The position numbers were made by a program, and so were the translations under genes. Below, in pieces: positions 1 through 9,717 of a DNA stretch of 64,000 nt. The notes below the pieces were generated by a model, which ran no database searches, was not told the DNA's origin, and worked only from the letters and a program-made list of their open reading frames with translations. Positions within the stretch are counted from its first letter, which is position 1. The number at the start of each line of letters is the position of its first letter. This stretch comes from Candidatus Peregrinibacteria bacterium (GTDB lineage Bacteria; Patescibacteriota; Gracilibacteria; UBA1369; LOWO2-01-FULL-3), in contig JABILX010000001.1 of the NCBI GenBank assembly GCA_018654255.1, forward strand, positions 209,695 to 273,694, in the 5' to 3' direction.

Positions 1-3000
1 GAGAATCCCCAGCACCCAACTCGTAATCCCCAAGCAAAAGGGAAACCTTTGGAGTCTTCTCCATAGTAGTTTCAAAAGAAATAGTCCGAACACCATTAGC
101 AGGAACAGAAATTCCAGAGATAACTTTATTACGATGAAGAGGATTTGTATATTCCCAGTACAAATCATCACTACAACCCACATCCAAACACTTGAGAGTA
201 GTTTCATAAATCCTCTGATTACTAGGGGTGAGATCAGAAAGCTTCAAACCAGTAATGGTCGAGCCAGTATTATTTTTGAGAACAATGCTATGTTCAATAT
301 TGTCATATAGTTCGATAGGAGCTCCATTCAAATCAATAGCCGTCTTGGTAGATCCTTCCAATGCAGGGATATGATTAGGAAGTAAGAACTGCATGGTAGA
401 AGAAACAGTTTCAGGCAGATTACCCAAATAATCATCGAATTCAAAAATTTGATACTCATCTATATAAGCCTCCTCAGGCGATGGAGAAGGAAGTGGTCCA
501 GAATATCCAGGACGCACATAAAGTTTATCACCAACAATAAAGAAATCGTATTTCTCCTCCTTCACAGTCATCTCTACAAAATAAGGCCTAGACTCCGAAG
601 GCAATCCATTATAAGAAACCAATATATCATCGATCATCTCTATTCCATCCACATGAATACTAAAATTCCCGAGCTTATCACCAGCAGGATTGATCTCTCC
701 ATCCTCATTCCAGAAAACATAAACATTCCCACTACTATCAGACAGCGCAATGTCTGGAAGGTCATCATTATTCAAATCTCTCGCATACATCTCATAAATC
801 TTCGCAGCGGTATTCAGAGTTAAATTCTTTCTATCAAAACTTCCTTCATTATTTTCATAAATATAAAGACACTGCTCACCTTGGATACAGCTGTTATCTG
901 TTCCAATTATCAAGTCGTCAAATCCATCATTATTGATATCAATCTTCGACAAACTCAAAATTCCATTAACAACATTCAGCACAATTCCCTTATCTAAATA
1001 TTTCTTATTACTATTCTCATTTTGAAGCAATCGAAGCTTGCCATCACCATAAACAATCAACAAATCCTCCCGATCATCGCCATTATAATCAAAAGAAATC
1101 AATTCAGTTATTGTTCTATCTCCAGAATAAACAAGCGAACCAACATCCTTTGTATAGTAAGAAAGATCACTGACCAAATCTTCTTCAGCATTATCTATAG
1201 AAATAGTTGGATCTCCTAATAACACTCCAGTTTCGCCAGCATAAGCCAAATTCGATTCACCAACAGTATTTCCTGCGGCAAAAAGCAGCATGTTCTTATT
1301 CCCAGAGCCACTTCCAAACCCGACCCCAGCAGTCTCCCCAGCGCTCTCCAGTGACACATAAGGCAGCCCAGGAGCCATTGAAGAGTCCATCTCTTGATTT
1401 GTATCAACAACATAAACTCCCTTGTTAAAAGAAGTAGAATATCTAGAAAAACCAGAAACAAGTTGATAATTACTATCATCATCAAATAATTTCAGATAGA
1501 TTCCAGGCCAGAAATTCTCGAACTCATTTTCAGACGAAAGAACCTGAACATTGGCATCAAAATTTTGCTTGAACATGACCTGAGCCAAAGGCTGTCCCTT
1601 ATAATAAAGAAGTAAAGTGAAATAAGTTTGATCAACATCTTCTTCGGTAGGGAGCTTGTAAGTAAGAAGGCTGCTTGATACAGAAACACGTCCTTCCTTA
1701 GAAATAGAACCAACAGTCAGATCATTGTCAATAATCAAGATCTCACTCTCATCAGCATTGAACTTCAAAATAGGCAGGGTAGGGATGTCAGTTATCCTCT
1801 GTACTAAAATCCCTTCTTCATAGTCTGCAAAAGAAGCAGATTCAGGCTCAGCCAAAGCATCACCGCTACCTCCACCAAGTGCATCTGCGATACTCAACTC
1901 CTCTTCTCCAGTCGGTCCAACTATCTCGAGATCCAAACCATCCTTTGGCACAACAAACATCTCAGCCAACTGTCCGCCAGTCACACCATCAAAGAAATTA
2001 ACTTTTTGATAAGGGAACGAATCATTAGCCAAAACCAAATCCGCCATCACATTCTCACTATCAACCAAATCAACTTGTCCATAACCATCTACAAACACAG
2101 ATCTCAAATAATCGCCATCATCAGCGGTAGTTGAGAGTACCGCTTGTGACTGTCCCTTGAACAGCAACGAAGCGGCCAAGTCATCTTTCCCAAAATCACT
2201 AAACGCAGAACCAAGTAAATTAATATAAAGTGCTTTTGGATTAATCTCATCAAAATCAAATTTTTCAGAAATTCGTTTCTTGATCTGTAGACCAAGTTTA
2301 GCTTGCTCCACATCAGTCGCGGCAGCAGCCAAATTCGCAAATCCAGAAAGCCCACTTGAACGAACAGAAATCTCAGCCTTTCCTTCAACAGTCTGCACAA
2401 AAGTCTCACCAATAAACTCAACCATAGAAGCGGTTCCAGCACTTGCGCCAAAAGCAACAACCTTTTGATCCAAATACGCGAGATTGTCATATTCATCCAA
2501 CAGTTTTGCCTGCAAGATAGTCCCAGCAATAGAGTCAGTCAAAATCACATCATCCTCAGACACAAGCTCGATTTTCACTGCATCTCCAGGGAGAGTAGTC
2601 AAATCAACAGAACTACTAGCAAAGCCAGGAGCGCTAACTTCAATGTTAACGTCACCAGCCTTGGTAGTAGAAGAAATATACGCTCTCATCTCACCGTCTG
2701 TCATGTAAATAGGTGGAAGCTCACTAAACTCAGCAATACTGCCATCCATAATATTGAAAGAAACAGGGCCATTGTAACCACCGAGAACATCTCCACTTAC
2801 AGATGTTAGTGCCGCGCTCACATGAGCAGCTCCCTCACCATCAGCATCGATCTGAGACTGACTTAATAAAAGTTGCATCTTTGCCTCGCCAAGCACTTCA
2901 AATTTCTTGGAAGCTCCAATGGTTCCAAAAAAATCAATCTGTTCATTATTTTTCACAGCGACAGCAAGATCGTTGCTTAACTTATAATCAAGCAAGACAG

Positions 3001-6000
3001 CATACAAATTAGCATTTCCTATCTCGTCTTCAGACAAAACCTCAATACTCGCTCTTCCCTCCACAAAATTCATCTGCACCCCAGGAATCAAACCATCTAA
3101 ATCCTTCTCGTAATCAAGGGCAGCCTTTCCAAATATAAACACAGCGACCTTGGTGAAAGCATTGTAAGCTTGATTGTCATATTTATCATAAAGCTCAAAA
3201 GACACATTAGCTTTTGACTGATTGTTCGCGACTAGAACATCAGTATCGGTTATTATTCTGATCTTTGCAGGCTCCGCAGGAACTACTGAAAAATCTTTTA
3301 TTCCATCAGCATATACAGCTCCATCACTGACCCTCGCTACAATCTTCACTTCACCAGCCTTGGTAGCAGGCTTGATGTACACAGAAGCAAGTCCATTCTC
3401 TGCATCGACAACATAACCATCAACAAACTCAACGCTATCCTTCCCTTCAACAATATCAAAAGTAACTTCATTATTAGCAAACGGATCAAGCACACCCCCT
3501 CCATTCAATTGAGCGATAACCTCAATCTCTTCCTCATCACCAGCAACCATCACAGAAGACGACCCAAGTAAATCAATGCTTTTTGCAGAAGTTGATAATG
3601 TGATCTCCTCACTAGATAAATCTTCGATATCAGTATTATTTTTCTTAACTTCATCAGAAAACAAAGCCTCAACAAAAACCTTCACTTCACCAGGATTTGG
3701 CGTAGTGAGTAATTTGTAATACGCCTTCCCCTCAGGATCCAATGTTTTTTTGAAATCAGTCTTCTCGATCTCAAGGACAGGATTCAGATTGTCCTGAGAA
3801 ATATTTATTTGTAAAGAAGGATACTCTCCATTCTCGAAAGGCTTTTCATTCTGATCAAATCCTTCAACGGTCAACAATATACTAGAAACACCATCACTAT
3901 AAGCAGATACTCTATCAGTAGAAATCTCGATTTTGGTCAGCACACTACAATCCTGAACTGCATCAAAACATTTATCTCCACAGATTGGAACCATCCCAAT
4001 ATGTCCTGGTATATCGGCCATGAAATCCCAAATTTCAGTAAGCTTTGGGTACAGCTCATCGGTAATCCAGAGCACAAAAGGAATCCATTTCCAATTATCC
4101 TTGTCCTTTTCATTTCCATGCTCATCAACATCAGGGAACATTTCCTCAAAAGTATCACCCTCAGGAATATCTTCGTCATACTCATCTTCCTCAACAGCTC
4201 TATTGAAAGCCATATCGATGAAGTCGCCATCATCACTAGTTCCACCATCAAAAACCAAATAAGCAGCCTCATATCCCTCATAAGAATCGTTCACATATGC
4301 TTCCAAATCTTGATTGAGATAATATTTCAAAACATACTCATGCTTATCATCAACTGACAAGCTGTTCCAATAAAGAGCATCCATGATTACATCTTTGTCC
4401 GCGCTAAGCATCTTCAAAGAATGCTCCTCACTATCAAATATAGAAACTTCCTCATCAGAATGGGTAGAAACATCGAAGATCTCATTCTTCACATATTCCT
4501 TCACACTTCCCCCCGCTTCCTCTGCCAACTTCGATGACCCAGGAATACTCAAAAGGGTCTGCGCAAACAGATCTACATAAACATTCCACTGAGCAACTCC
4601 ATTGACGTCCACATCCTCCAAGTCCTCACCAAATTGTGTGACCGAAGCCGCATCAAACAAATTAGGATAATCCAATTTTTGGACATCCCCGTACTTATCA
4701 ACAAAAGCAACATACCTAGGATTATCGATCGGCAAACTCTGAGCAAACCCAGCGTTGAGCTGTTCTCCAATCGTGAAATTAGTCGGTTCGTTATGAATTA
4801 TCAAACTAGGAATAGTGAAAGCAATATCAGGCTTAACTTTCAAAACCAAATCAGTAGCAGGCTTAAAAGTAGCCGAAGACAAAGGTAGGGGATACCAATA
4901 TTCGCCAGCTTCAGGAGGATCAAGCTCCGATCCAAAAATCAAAGGATTCGTGTAAGAGTCAAACCTAGGCCCAAGCAAAAACCTACTAACCATATAAATA
5001 TTATCTGGATCAAGCCCATACTCAGCCTTCGCCTCCACCATATCGAAGACTAACTGATTTTCAGTATTGACCGAAAAATCCACGATACCATTTCCGTCAT
5101 CATCCTTTCCATTCCAAAGACCAAACCTCTCGGCAAACGTAGCAACGGTGATATCTACCCCTTCAGCCTCACCAAGATCAAACATCGTCGTTGAATCAAC
5201 GACAGTAACATTCCTGCCGCTACCACCATAAGGTATATTGTCATTTTTCTTACCTTCCTTTTTGGCGAAAAGATTCATCATCTGAATAACCTCGGTATAG
5301 TAGTCATAGTTGTGCCATCTGCTACCACTATTGCCATTAGAGTCACCAGTATTAGGAAATTGAGCAGGCAAGAAATTGAAACACGCATCCACATAGATAT
5401 CATCCACATCCTCGAATTCTCGTCCTGAAGGAAGTTGGAACATTTCATTATGAGTATCGAAATCTTCATATTCCCCAGGGTTATCCTCATCCTCAACCAT
5501 CAGCTTCTGCCCAGCAGGGAACTGATGTTCATAAGCGATCTCACCTGTAATCTGATCAGGGTCAGCAATTGCAAGTGAAGTATATTCACTATCGTAGTAC
5601 TGAGATCCACCCTCATATTCGACAACAAGCCCACGAGCGCCACGGCTAAAAGGCTCATAACTTCCAGCTACGTCGAGCACAGGATAGGTTGCAAGCATTG
5701 AGAAGCATCGATCGTCATGAAGCATCGCAGAGCTGTAGAAACAGCCTTTTAAGTCATTGCTCCTATAAGCCGCCGAACTGCTTTGCAAAGAATAGATCGG
5801 AGACAAATGGTCTAGCTTGATCTCATCAGTCGTGAGAATCTGCCCACTATCGCCAGAATCAGTATCAAAATATCTAACCTTAAAATAACTATATTTATCC
5901 CAATAATTTTTATCTTCATCCTTTCCACCACTTTTTTTGTTTCGAACATTCAAGTTGAAACTCTGCACAGCATCGTCTAACTCTTTTTGATTTCGAACCA

Positions 6001-8356
6001 AAGTTTGCCCACCACCTCCATGCTCCGAAGAAAGATAATAATACTTATCATCAATCTTGAAAAAGCCAGGAGCAAAAGGACTCAAGACAAAAGGATCTTC
6101 ACCAGGATCTTGGGGAAAACTCATCGCAGAAGCAACTCCAGCCTCAGGTGGTTCCTCACCAAGAATTTCTTTGTAAATAGAACATGGCTTACATTCGATC
6201 AAAGGTACCTCCGTCTCAAAAGAGAAATATTTTTTGTCAGGCCAAGGCCAAGGTTGATTGCTTCCTTTCAAAACCATCGGCACTTCATCAATAGGAACCG
6301 TAACAGTAATGTCATGATCCTTAACTAATTTTCTATTTATAACAGGCGCTTTGTTTTCGTCCTTCAAAGCATCAGGAATAATAGCAGGTCCACTGAATTT
6401 TTTTATACCCGTACTGATCCAGTAAGTCATGTCTTCAATCGAAAGAATGATGTCTCCCTCCTCCAGATCCGCTATAGAATCATCTACAGATTCATCAAGA
6501 GGACTGTCATTATAAAACGCTGGATATCCATGCTCAGAATTCCCCTCGATCAACATACCAAAATCAAAACCTTCCCCCATATTCATCCTGTTCTGAGCTT
6601 CAGCAGGCGACAAACCAACTCCATTCACAGCCAAGTGATAAGTAGTAGCTCCAGTCGAAGAATTATCCGACCTGATAGAACGAGTCAAAACAGAATACTC
6701 ATCCCCACCTTCATACATCGTTCCGAGATACGGAAAGCATTGTTTCGGACTATTCAACGCATCCTCTGAAACGCCATTGATATACATCTTGTCATCAGAA
6801 GCGGTGTAGTAGTTGTTGAAATAGATAGGACTAAGCTCCAGAGGCTTTGTTCCTCCAAGGAGATCAAAAGGATTCACAGTTCCCCAATCAAAAACCTTGA
6901 AAGGTGGATACTTCTTCCCACACCCAGCACCAAAGAAACCATTACATCTCGTCGACCTATTTTTATAACCCAACTCCAACGACAAACCCCCAACAGTCCC
7001 AGAAACCGCAGAGTTCGCAACTATCGGCAAGTCCACAGAAATCACACTCGCAAAATGATTTACTTTTTCTTCAATGGCATCATTCGCCGTCCGCAAGTAC
7101 TGCTTGGTAAACTCATCCTTCATCGCAATCAACGCAGGCACAGAATCGATCCCTCCAGTCTCAGCCGCATAACGGAAAGTATAACGCGCAAAGTCATTAG
7201 ATTGCGCAATCGCTTTGTAAACAACCTGAGTGAAAGGAACATGATATTTCTCAATAATTTGTTTCGAATAAATATCCGGCAACTGATCAAAGTAAGAATC
7301 TCCACTACCTCCTCCTTGCATCGCATCCATCAATCTCTGCCCAGGATCAGCAGCAACACCAGTCACCCCAGCAGCAGCTAGTCCCGCAGCCTCCTGATCA
7401 AGAATCTCATCAGATGGACCCCCCAACGTATCCAAAATCCCTCCCAAGTCATCAACCGCAGTCCCAGCGACATCTTCCGCCCAATGCTTATTAAATCTCA
7501 AATAAGCCAAATCATCCATGTTGGTCAAATAATTCTGATAAAGCTTGTAAGAGGTCTCATTAACCCTCTTATCCTCATCTATCAGATCTCCATAAAAGAT
7601 CTTCCGATTAAACTCAGCGTACTCATCCTCCCCAGTATGGTAGAGATGATTCTTATCAAAAAACTTCGCCAAGTCATTCAATTCCTCCAGACTCACGATG
7701 CTATCCCCATCAAAGCTCGGCGCTCTCAATATTCCGTGCCAAACCTCCATCTTTGGTTCCTTTACCAGATCATTCTTGTCAAAGGACTCAGTCAACGGAT
7801 TGAAAATATAATATTTATCATCAAAATCAGTCAGCGGAAACATCGAAACAAATCGATTCCCATTCTTATTCACAACAGGAAGCGGGATCTGCCCAACAAA
7901 AACAGCACCAACCAACCTAGAAGACACATTCTCGACACCATTCTTGTACAAGTTCTCCAAAGCAGTGATGACATCAAGCAAACTGTCTGTCTCCGGGTCA
8001 TAAGTCAAAGTCTTCACAATCGTTCTAGGCGAATTAACCTGCACATCCTCCGCATACCTCATTATTCTCTCAGAAATAGTATCCGTATCAATCAACTCAG
8101 AAGGATAATCCGCAATCAACCCTTCAAGCGCAATATTCTCTTCCAAAAGATCTTTCTCAACCACTAACACCATGATATCAAACACCTCCTCATCATCAGA
8201 CGCAGCAAAAGCTGTCTCCCCACCAATATCAAATCCCTCCCAAGCACTCGCCACATTCAAAAAAGCCAAATTCTGAGTGAACAAAAGGCAAAAGGACAAA
8301 GCCCAAATAATAGGTTTCTTAAGCTGTTTTCCTTGAATGAGGGAGAAAAACTTCAA
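1..8356 (-). CDS. giant secreted surface protein, >2,780 aa, C-terminus left of window; Ig-like (Big/invasin-type) repeats plus FG-GAP/VCBS-like repeats
   Basis: The reverse frame with codon starts = 1 mod 3 is open from 8356 to base 1. I spot-checked plus-strand triplets at positions = 2 mod 3 in 1-120, 1441-1500, 4381-4440, 5881-5940 and 6301-6360 and found no TTA/CTA/TCA. Every minus ORF the track lists here is in a different frame. In-frame TAA at 8362-8360, then TTG at 8356. The N-terminus MKFFSLIQGKQLKKPIIWALSFCLLFTQNLAFLNVASA is signal-peptide-like. Ig-like modules map to about 2290-3940 (GEVKVFVEA, AGEVKIVARV, AGDVNIEVSAPGF). FG-GAP-like repeats map to about 700-1110 (FDYNGDDREDLLIV, DINNDGFDDLIIG, RDLNNDDLPDIALSD). 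Confidence 0.8.
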   Translation of the reverse strand, partial: MKFFSLIQGKQLKKPIIWALSFCLLFTQNLAFLNVASAWEGFDIGGETAFAASDDEEVFDIMVLVVEKDLLEENIALEGLIADYPSELIDTDTISERIMRYAEDVQVNSPRTIVKTLTYDPETDSLLDVITALENLYKNGVENVSSRLVGAVFVGQIPLPVVNKNGNRFVSMFPLTDFDDKYYIFNPLTESFDKNDLVKEPKMEVWHGILRAPSFDGDSIVSLEELNDLAKFFDKNHLYHTGEDEYAEFNRKIFYGDLIDEDKRVNETSYKLYQNYLTNMDDLAYLRFNKHWAEDVAGTAVDDLGGILDTLGGPSDEILDQEAAGLAAAGVTGVAADPGQRLMDAMQGGGSGDSYFDQLPDIYSKQIIEKYHVPFTQVVYKAIAQSNDFARYTFRYAAETGGIDSVPALIAMKDEFTKQYLRTANDAIEEKVNHFASVISVDLPIVANSAVSGTVGGLSLELGYKNRSTRCNGFFGAGCGKKYPPFKVFDWGTVNPFDLLGGTKPLELSPIYFNNYYTASDDKMYINGVSEDALNSPKQCFPYLGTMYEGGDEYSVLTRSIRSDNSSTGATTYHLAVNGVGLSPAEAQNRMNMGEGFDFGMLIEGNSEHGYPAFYNDSPLDESVDDSIADLEEGDIILSIEDMTYWISTGIKKFSGPAIIPDALKDENKAPVINRKLVKDHDITVTVPIDEVPMVLKGSNQPWPWPDKKYFSFETEVPLIECKPCSIYKEILGEEPPEAGVASAMSFPQDPGEDPFVLSPFAPGFFKIDDKYYYLSSEHGGGGQTLVRNQKELDDAVQSFNLNVRNKKSGGKDEDKNYWDKYSYFKVRYFDTDSGDSGQILTTDEIKLDHLSPIYSLQSSSAAYRSNDLKGCFYSSAMLHDDRCFSMLATYPVLDVAGSYEPFSRGARGLVVEYEGGSQYYDSEYTSLAIADPDQITGEIAYEHQFPAGQKLMVEDEDNPGEYEDFDTHNEMFQLPSGREFEDVDDIYVDACFNFLPAQFPNTGDSNGNSGSRWHNYDYYTEVIQMMNLFAKKEGKKNDNIPYGGSGRNVTVVDSTTMFDLGEAEGVDITVATFAERFGLWNGKDDDGNGIVDFSVNTENQLVFDMVEAKAEYGLDPDNIYMVSRFLLGPRFDSYTNPLIFGSELDPPEAGEYWYPLPLSSATFKPATDLVLKVKPDIAFTIPSLIIHNEPTNFTIGEQLNAGFAQSLPIDNPRYVAFVDKYGDVQKLDYPNLFDAASVTQFGEDLEDVDVNGVAQWNVYVDLFAQTLLSIPGSSKLAEEAGGSVKEYVKNEIFDVSTHSDEEVSIFDSEEHSLKMLSADKDVIMDALYWNSLSVDDKHEYVLKYYLNQDLEAYVNDSYEGYEAAYLVFDGGTSDDGDFIDMAFNRAVEEDEYDEDIPEGDTFEEMFPDVDEHGNEKDKDNWKWIPFVLWITDELYPKLTEIWDFMADIPGHIGMVPICGDKCFDAVQDCSVLTKIEISTDRVSAYSDGVSSILLTVEGFDQNEKPFENGEYPSLQINISQDNLNPVLEIEKTDFKKTLDPEGKAYYKLLTTPNPGEVKVFVEALFSDEVKKNNTDIEDLSSEEITLSTSAKSIDLLGSSSVMVAGDEEEIEVIAQLNGGGVLDPFANNEVTFDIVEGKDSVEFVDGYVVDAENGLASVYIKPATKAGEVKIVARVSDGAVYADGIKDFSVVPAEPAKIRIITDTDVLVANNQSKANVSFELYDKYDNQAYNAFTKVAVFIFGKAALDYEKDLDGLIPGVQMNFVEGRASIEVLSEDEIGNANLYAVLLDYKLSNDLAVAVKNNEQIDFFGTIGASKKFEVLGEAKMQLLLSQSQIDADGEGAAHVSAALTSVSGDVLGGYNGPVSFNIMDGSIAEFSELPPIYMTDGEMRAYISSTTKAGDVNIEVSAPGFASSSVDLTTLPGDAVKIELVSEDDVILTDSIAGTILQAKLLDEYDNLAYLDQKVVAFGASAGTASMVEFIGETFVQTVEGKAEISVRSSGLSGFANLAAAATDVEQAKLGLQIKKRISEKFDFDEINPKALYINLLGSAFSDFGKDDLAASLLFKGQSQAVLSTTADDGDYLRSVFVDGYGQVDLVDSENVMADLVLANDSFPYQKVNFFDGVTGGQLAEMFVVPKDGLDLEIVGPTGEEELSIADALGGGSGDALAEPESASFADYEEGILVQRITDIPTLPILKFNADESEILIIDNDLTVGSISKEGRVSVSSSLLTYKLPTEEDVDQTYFTLLLYYKGQPLAQVMFKQNFDANVQVLSSENEFENFWPGIYLKLFDDDSNYQLVSGFSRYSTSFNKGVYVVDTNQEMDSSMAPGLPYVSLESAGETAGVGFGSGSGNKNMLLFAAGNTVGESNLAYAGETGVLLGDPTISIDNAEEDLVSDLSYYTKDVGSLVYSGDRTITELISFDYNGDDREDLLIVYGDGKLRLLQNENSNKKYLDKGIVLNVVNGILSLSKIDINNDGFDDLIIGTDNSCIQGEQCLYIYENNEGSFDRKNLTLNTAAKIYEMYARDLNNDDLPDIALSDSSGNVYVFWNEDGEINPAGDKLGNFSIHVDGIEMIDDILVSYNGLPSESRPYFVEMTVKEEKYDFFIVGDKLYVRPGYSGPLPSPSPEEAYIDEYQIFEFDDYLGNLPETVSSTMQFLLPNHIPALEGSTKTAIDLNGAPIELYDNIEHSIVLKNNTGSTITGLKLSDLTPSNQRIYETTLKCLDVGCSDDLYWEYTNPLHRNKVISGISVPANGVRTISFETTMEKTPKVSLLLGDYELGAGDS

Positions 8357-8428
8357 AGCTTATACATTAATATATCTATACAACTTCAAAATATACCACC
8401 CTTACCCACCCAAAAACAACAAATTAAA

Positions 8429-8441
8429 CCTGTTAAACAGG
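8429..8441. promoter_or_regulatory. 13-nt palindrome CCTGTTAAACAGG between the pilin gene and the giant gene
   Basis: Perfect 6-1-6 inverted repeat. It shares the AACCTGTTA core with repeats at 14820-14911, and the 11-mer GTTAAACAGGC recurs at 49553-49563. Confidence 0.35.
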
Positions 8442-8469
8442 CATTTGTGTTGACAGATGTGAAAGGAGT

Positions 8470-9000
8470 CTACTTGTAGCGGACACCGTAGCAGCAATTG
8501 TCTCCAGTCCCAGCACAGTTGTCTTGTATAAAGTGAGAATCAGGGAATTCATCAGGAAATTTAGGATCATTACTCTGAGTCTGGCCACATCTAACATTAG
8601 CCTCGTCAGGTCCTTCCATCTGAACAAAAACACCGTACTCATAGGTATAAGCAGTTGGATAAACTTTTATATAGTAGCCGCCTTTTTCAGCATCAACACA
8701 ACCCTTCGTAGGCAAACCAGAAGGATCGGTAGGGAAGCCAACGGTAGGAAAATATTGCTTATAAACATCAGATTGATCACTCAAACAACCGGTGACAAGC
8801 TTGTCACCGCCGGTATAAATATTGACACCGTCATTAGTGGCAGCCTGAAAGGTTTCAGCTATTGTTTGAACATCGGCTTTTCTTGCAGTATTTCTAGCAT
8901 CAAGAGAAGACCCAAACATTTTTGGTAAAAGCGTAACAGCCAAAATGCCGATTATCATAATAACAACCATTAACTCTATGAGTGTAAAACCTTTTTTCAT
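8470..9000 (-). CDS. type IV pilin-like protein (prepilin N-terminus)
   Basis: MKKG/FTLIELMVVIMIIGILA is a class III signal with Gly-1, Phe+1 and Glu+5. 176 aa, six Cys, C-terminal DNCCYGV motif. Confidence 0.85.
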   Translation of the reverse strand: MKKGFTLIELMVVIMIIGILAVTLLPKMFGSSLDARNTARKADVQTIAETFQAATNDGVNIYTGGDKLVTGCLSDQSDVYKQYFPTVGFPTDPSGLPTKGCVDAEKGGYYIKVYPTAYTYEYGVFVQMEGPDEANVRCGQTQSNDPKFPDEFPDSHFIQDNCAGTGDNCCYGVRYK

Positions 9001-9053
9001 AAGAACAAATTAAATTCTCCAACACATTGTATCAAATAAGAGAAAAAATGAAA

Positions 9054-9085
9054 CAAAAAAACCGCCCCAAAAAAATAGGGGCGGT
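9054..9085 (-). terminator. rho-independent terminator after pilin 9098..9628
   Basis: The minus strand reads ACCGCCCC-TATTTTTTT-GGGGCGGT followed by a T-run. Confidence 0.6.
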
Positions 9086-9097
9086 TTAAACAAAAAA

Positions 9098-9628
9098 TTA
9101 TTTTGAAGTAACTCCATAACAACAGTTGTCAAGAGCTTCACAAGCAGAAACATCGTCTTCGTTTATTTTTGGATCTTCAAACACAACATTGGCACATAAC
9201 ATATTTGCATTAGCCACCTTCTCAACTTTAGAAAAGATCCCATAGAGTTTTGTGGAATCAGCAGTTTTATAAATAGCAAAAGCATACTCACCAGCGCCAC
9301 AGCCACCAACAGTTTGGAGAGGGTCTGGGTCTCCAGGGATGGTTCCGCCACCAAAATATTCCTTGAAAGCCGTCAAAGCAGCAGGCAATGGTGATGAGAG
9401 ACACAAATTCTGCTGTGCAGCAAGTTTTGATAAACTTTTATTATCTAATCTTCCGGCCTCCATAGCTTGTACAGAATTACTCATATCCGCCTGCCTTGTA
9501 GCATCCCTCGCTTTCTCAGGCGCACCCATAATACTTGGCAAGAATACAACTGCCAAGATTCCAATGATCGTTATTACGATCAGGAGTTCTATTAGTGTGA
9601 ACCCCAGTTTACTGAACCGATTTCTCAT
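9098..9628 (-). CDS. type IV pilin-like protein (prepilin N-terminus)
   Basis: MRNRFSKLG/FTLIELLIVITIIGILA. 176 aa, C-terminal DNCCYGV motif shared with 8470..9000. Confidence 0.85.
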   Translation of the reverse strand: MRNRFSKLGFTLIELLIVITIIGILAVVFLPSIMGAPEKARDATRQADMSNSVQAMEAGRLDNKSLSKLAAQQNLCLSSPLPAALTAFKEYFGGGTIPGDPDPLQTVGGCGAGEYAFAIYKTADSTKLYGIFSKVEKVANANMLCANVVFEDPKINEDDVSACEALDNCCYGVTSK

Positions 9629-9717
9629 AGAAATAAGGTTAAAATATTTTGAATATATTAATAAGGTGAGGACCTTAACTAAAAGTATACATTTCAGAAC
9701 AAAAACCGCAAGGAAAA

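Noticed and set aside
449-8167. Plus-strand ORFs in the track such as 449..823, 2465..2809, 4001..4357 and 7484..8167
   Set aside because: They are antisense or out-of-frame shadows of the giant minus-strand gene. Their products are I/L/S/R/N-rich with no protein-like pattern.
1-8350. Possible stop-codon reassignment (for example UGA read as an amino acid) to explain the lack of long ORFs in the track
   Set aside because: One reverse frame is fully open under the standard code. The gene is missing from the track only because its stop is outside the window. The many long standard-code ORFs elsewhere, such as the 1,525-aa ORF, argue against recoding.
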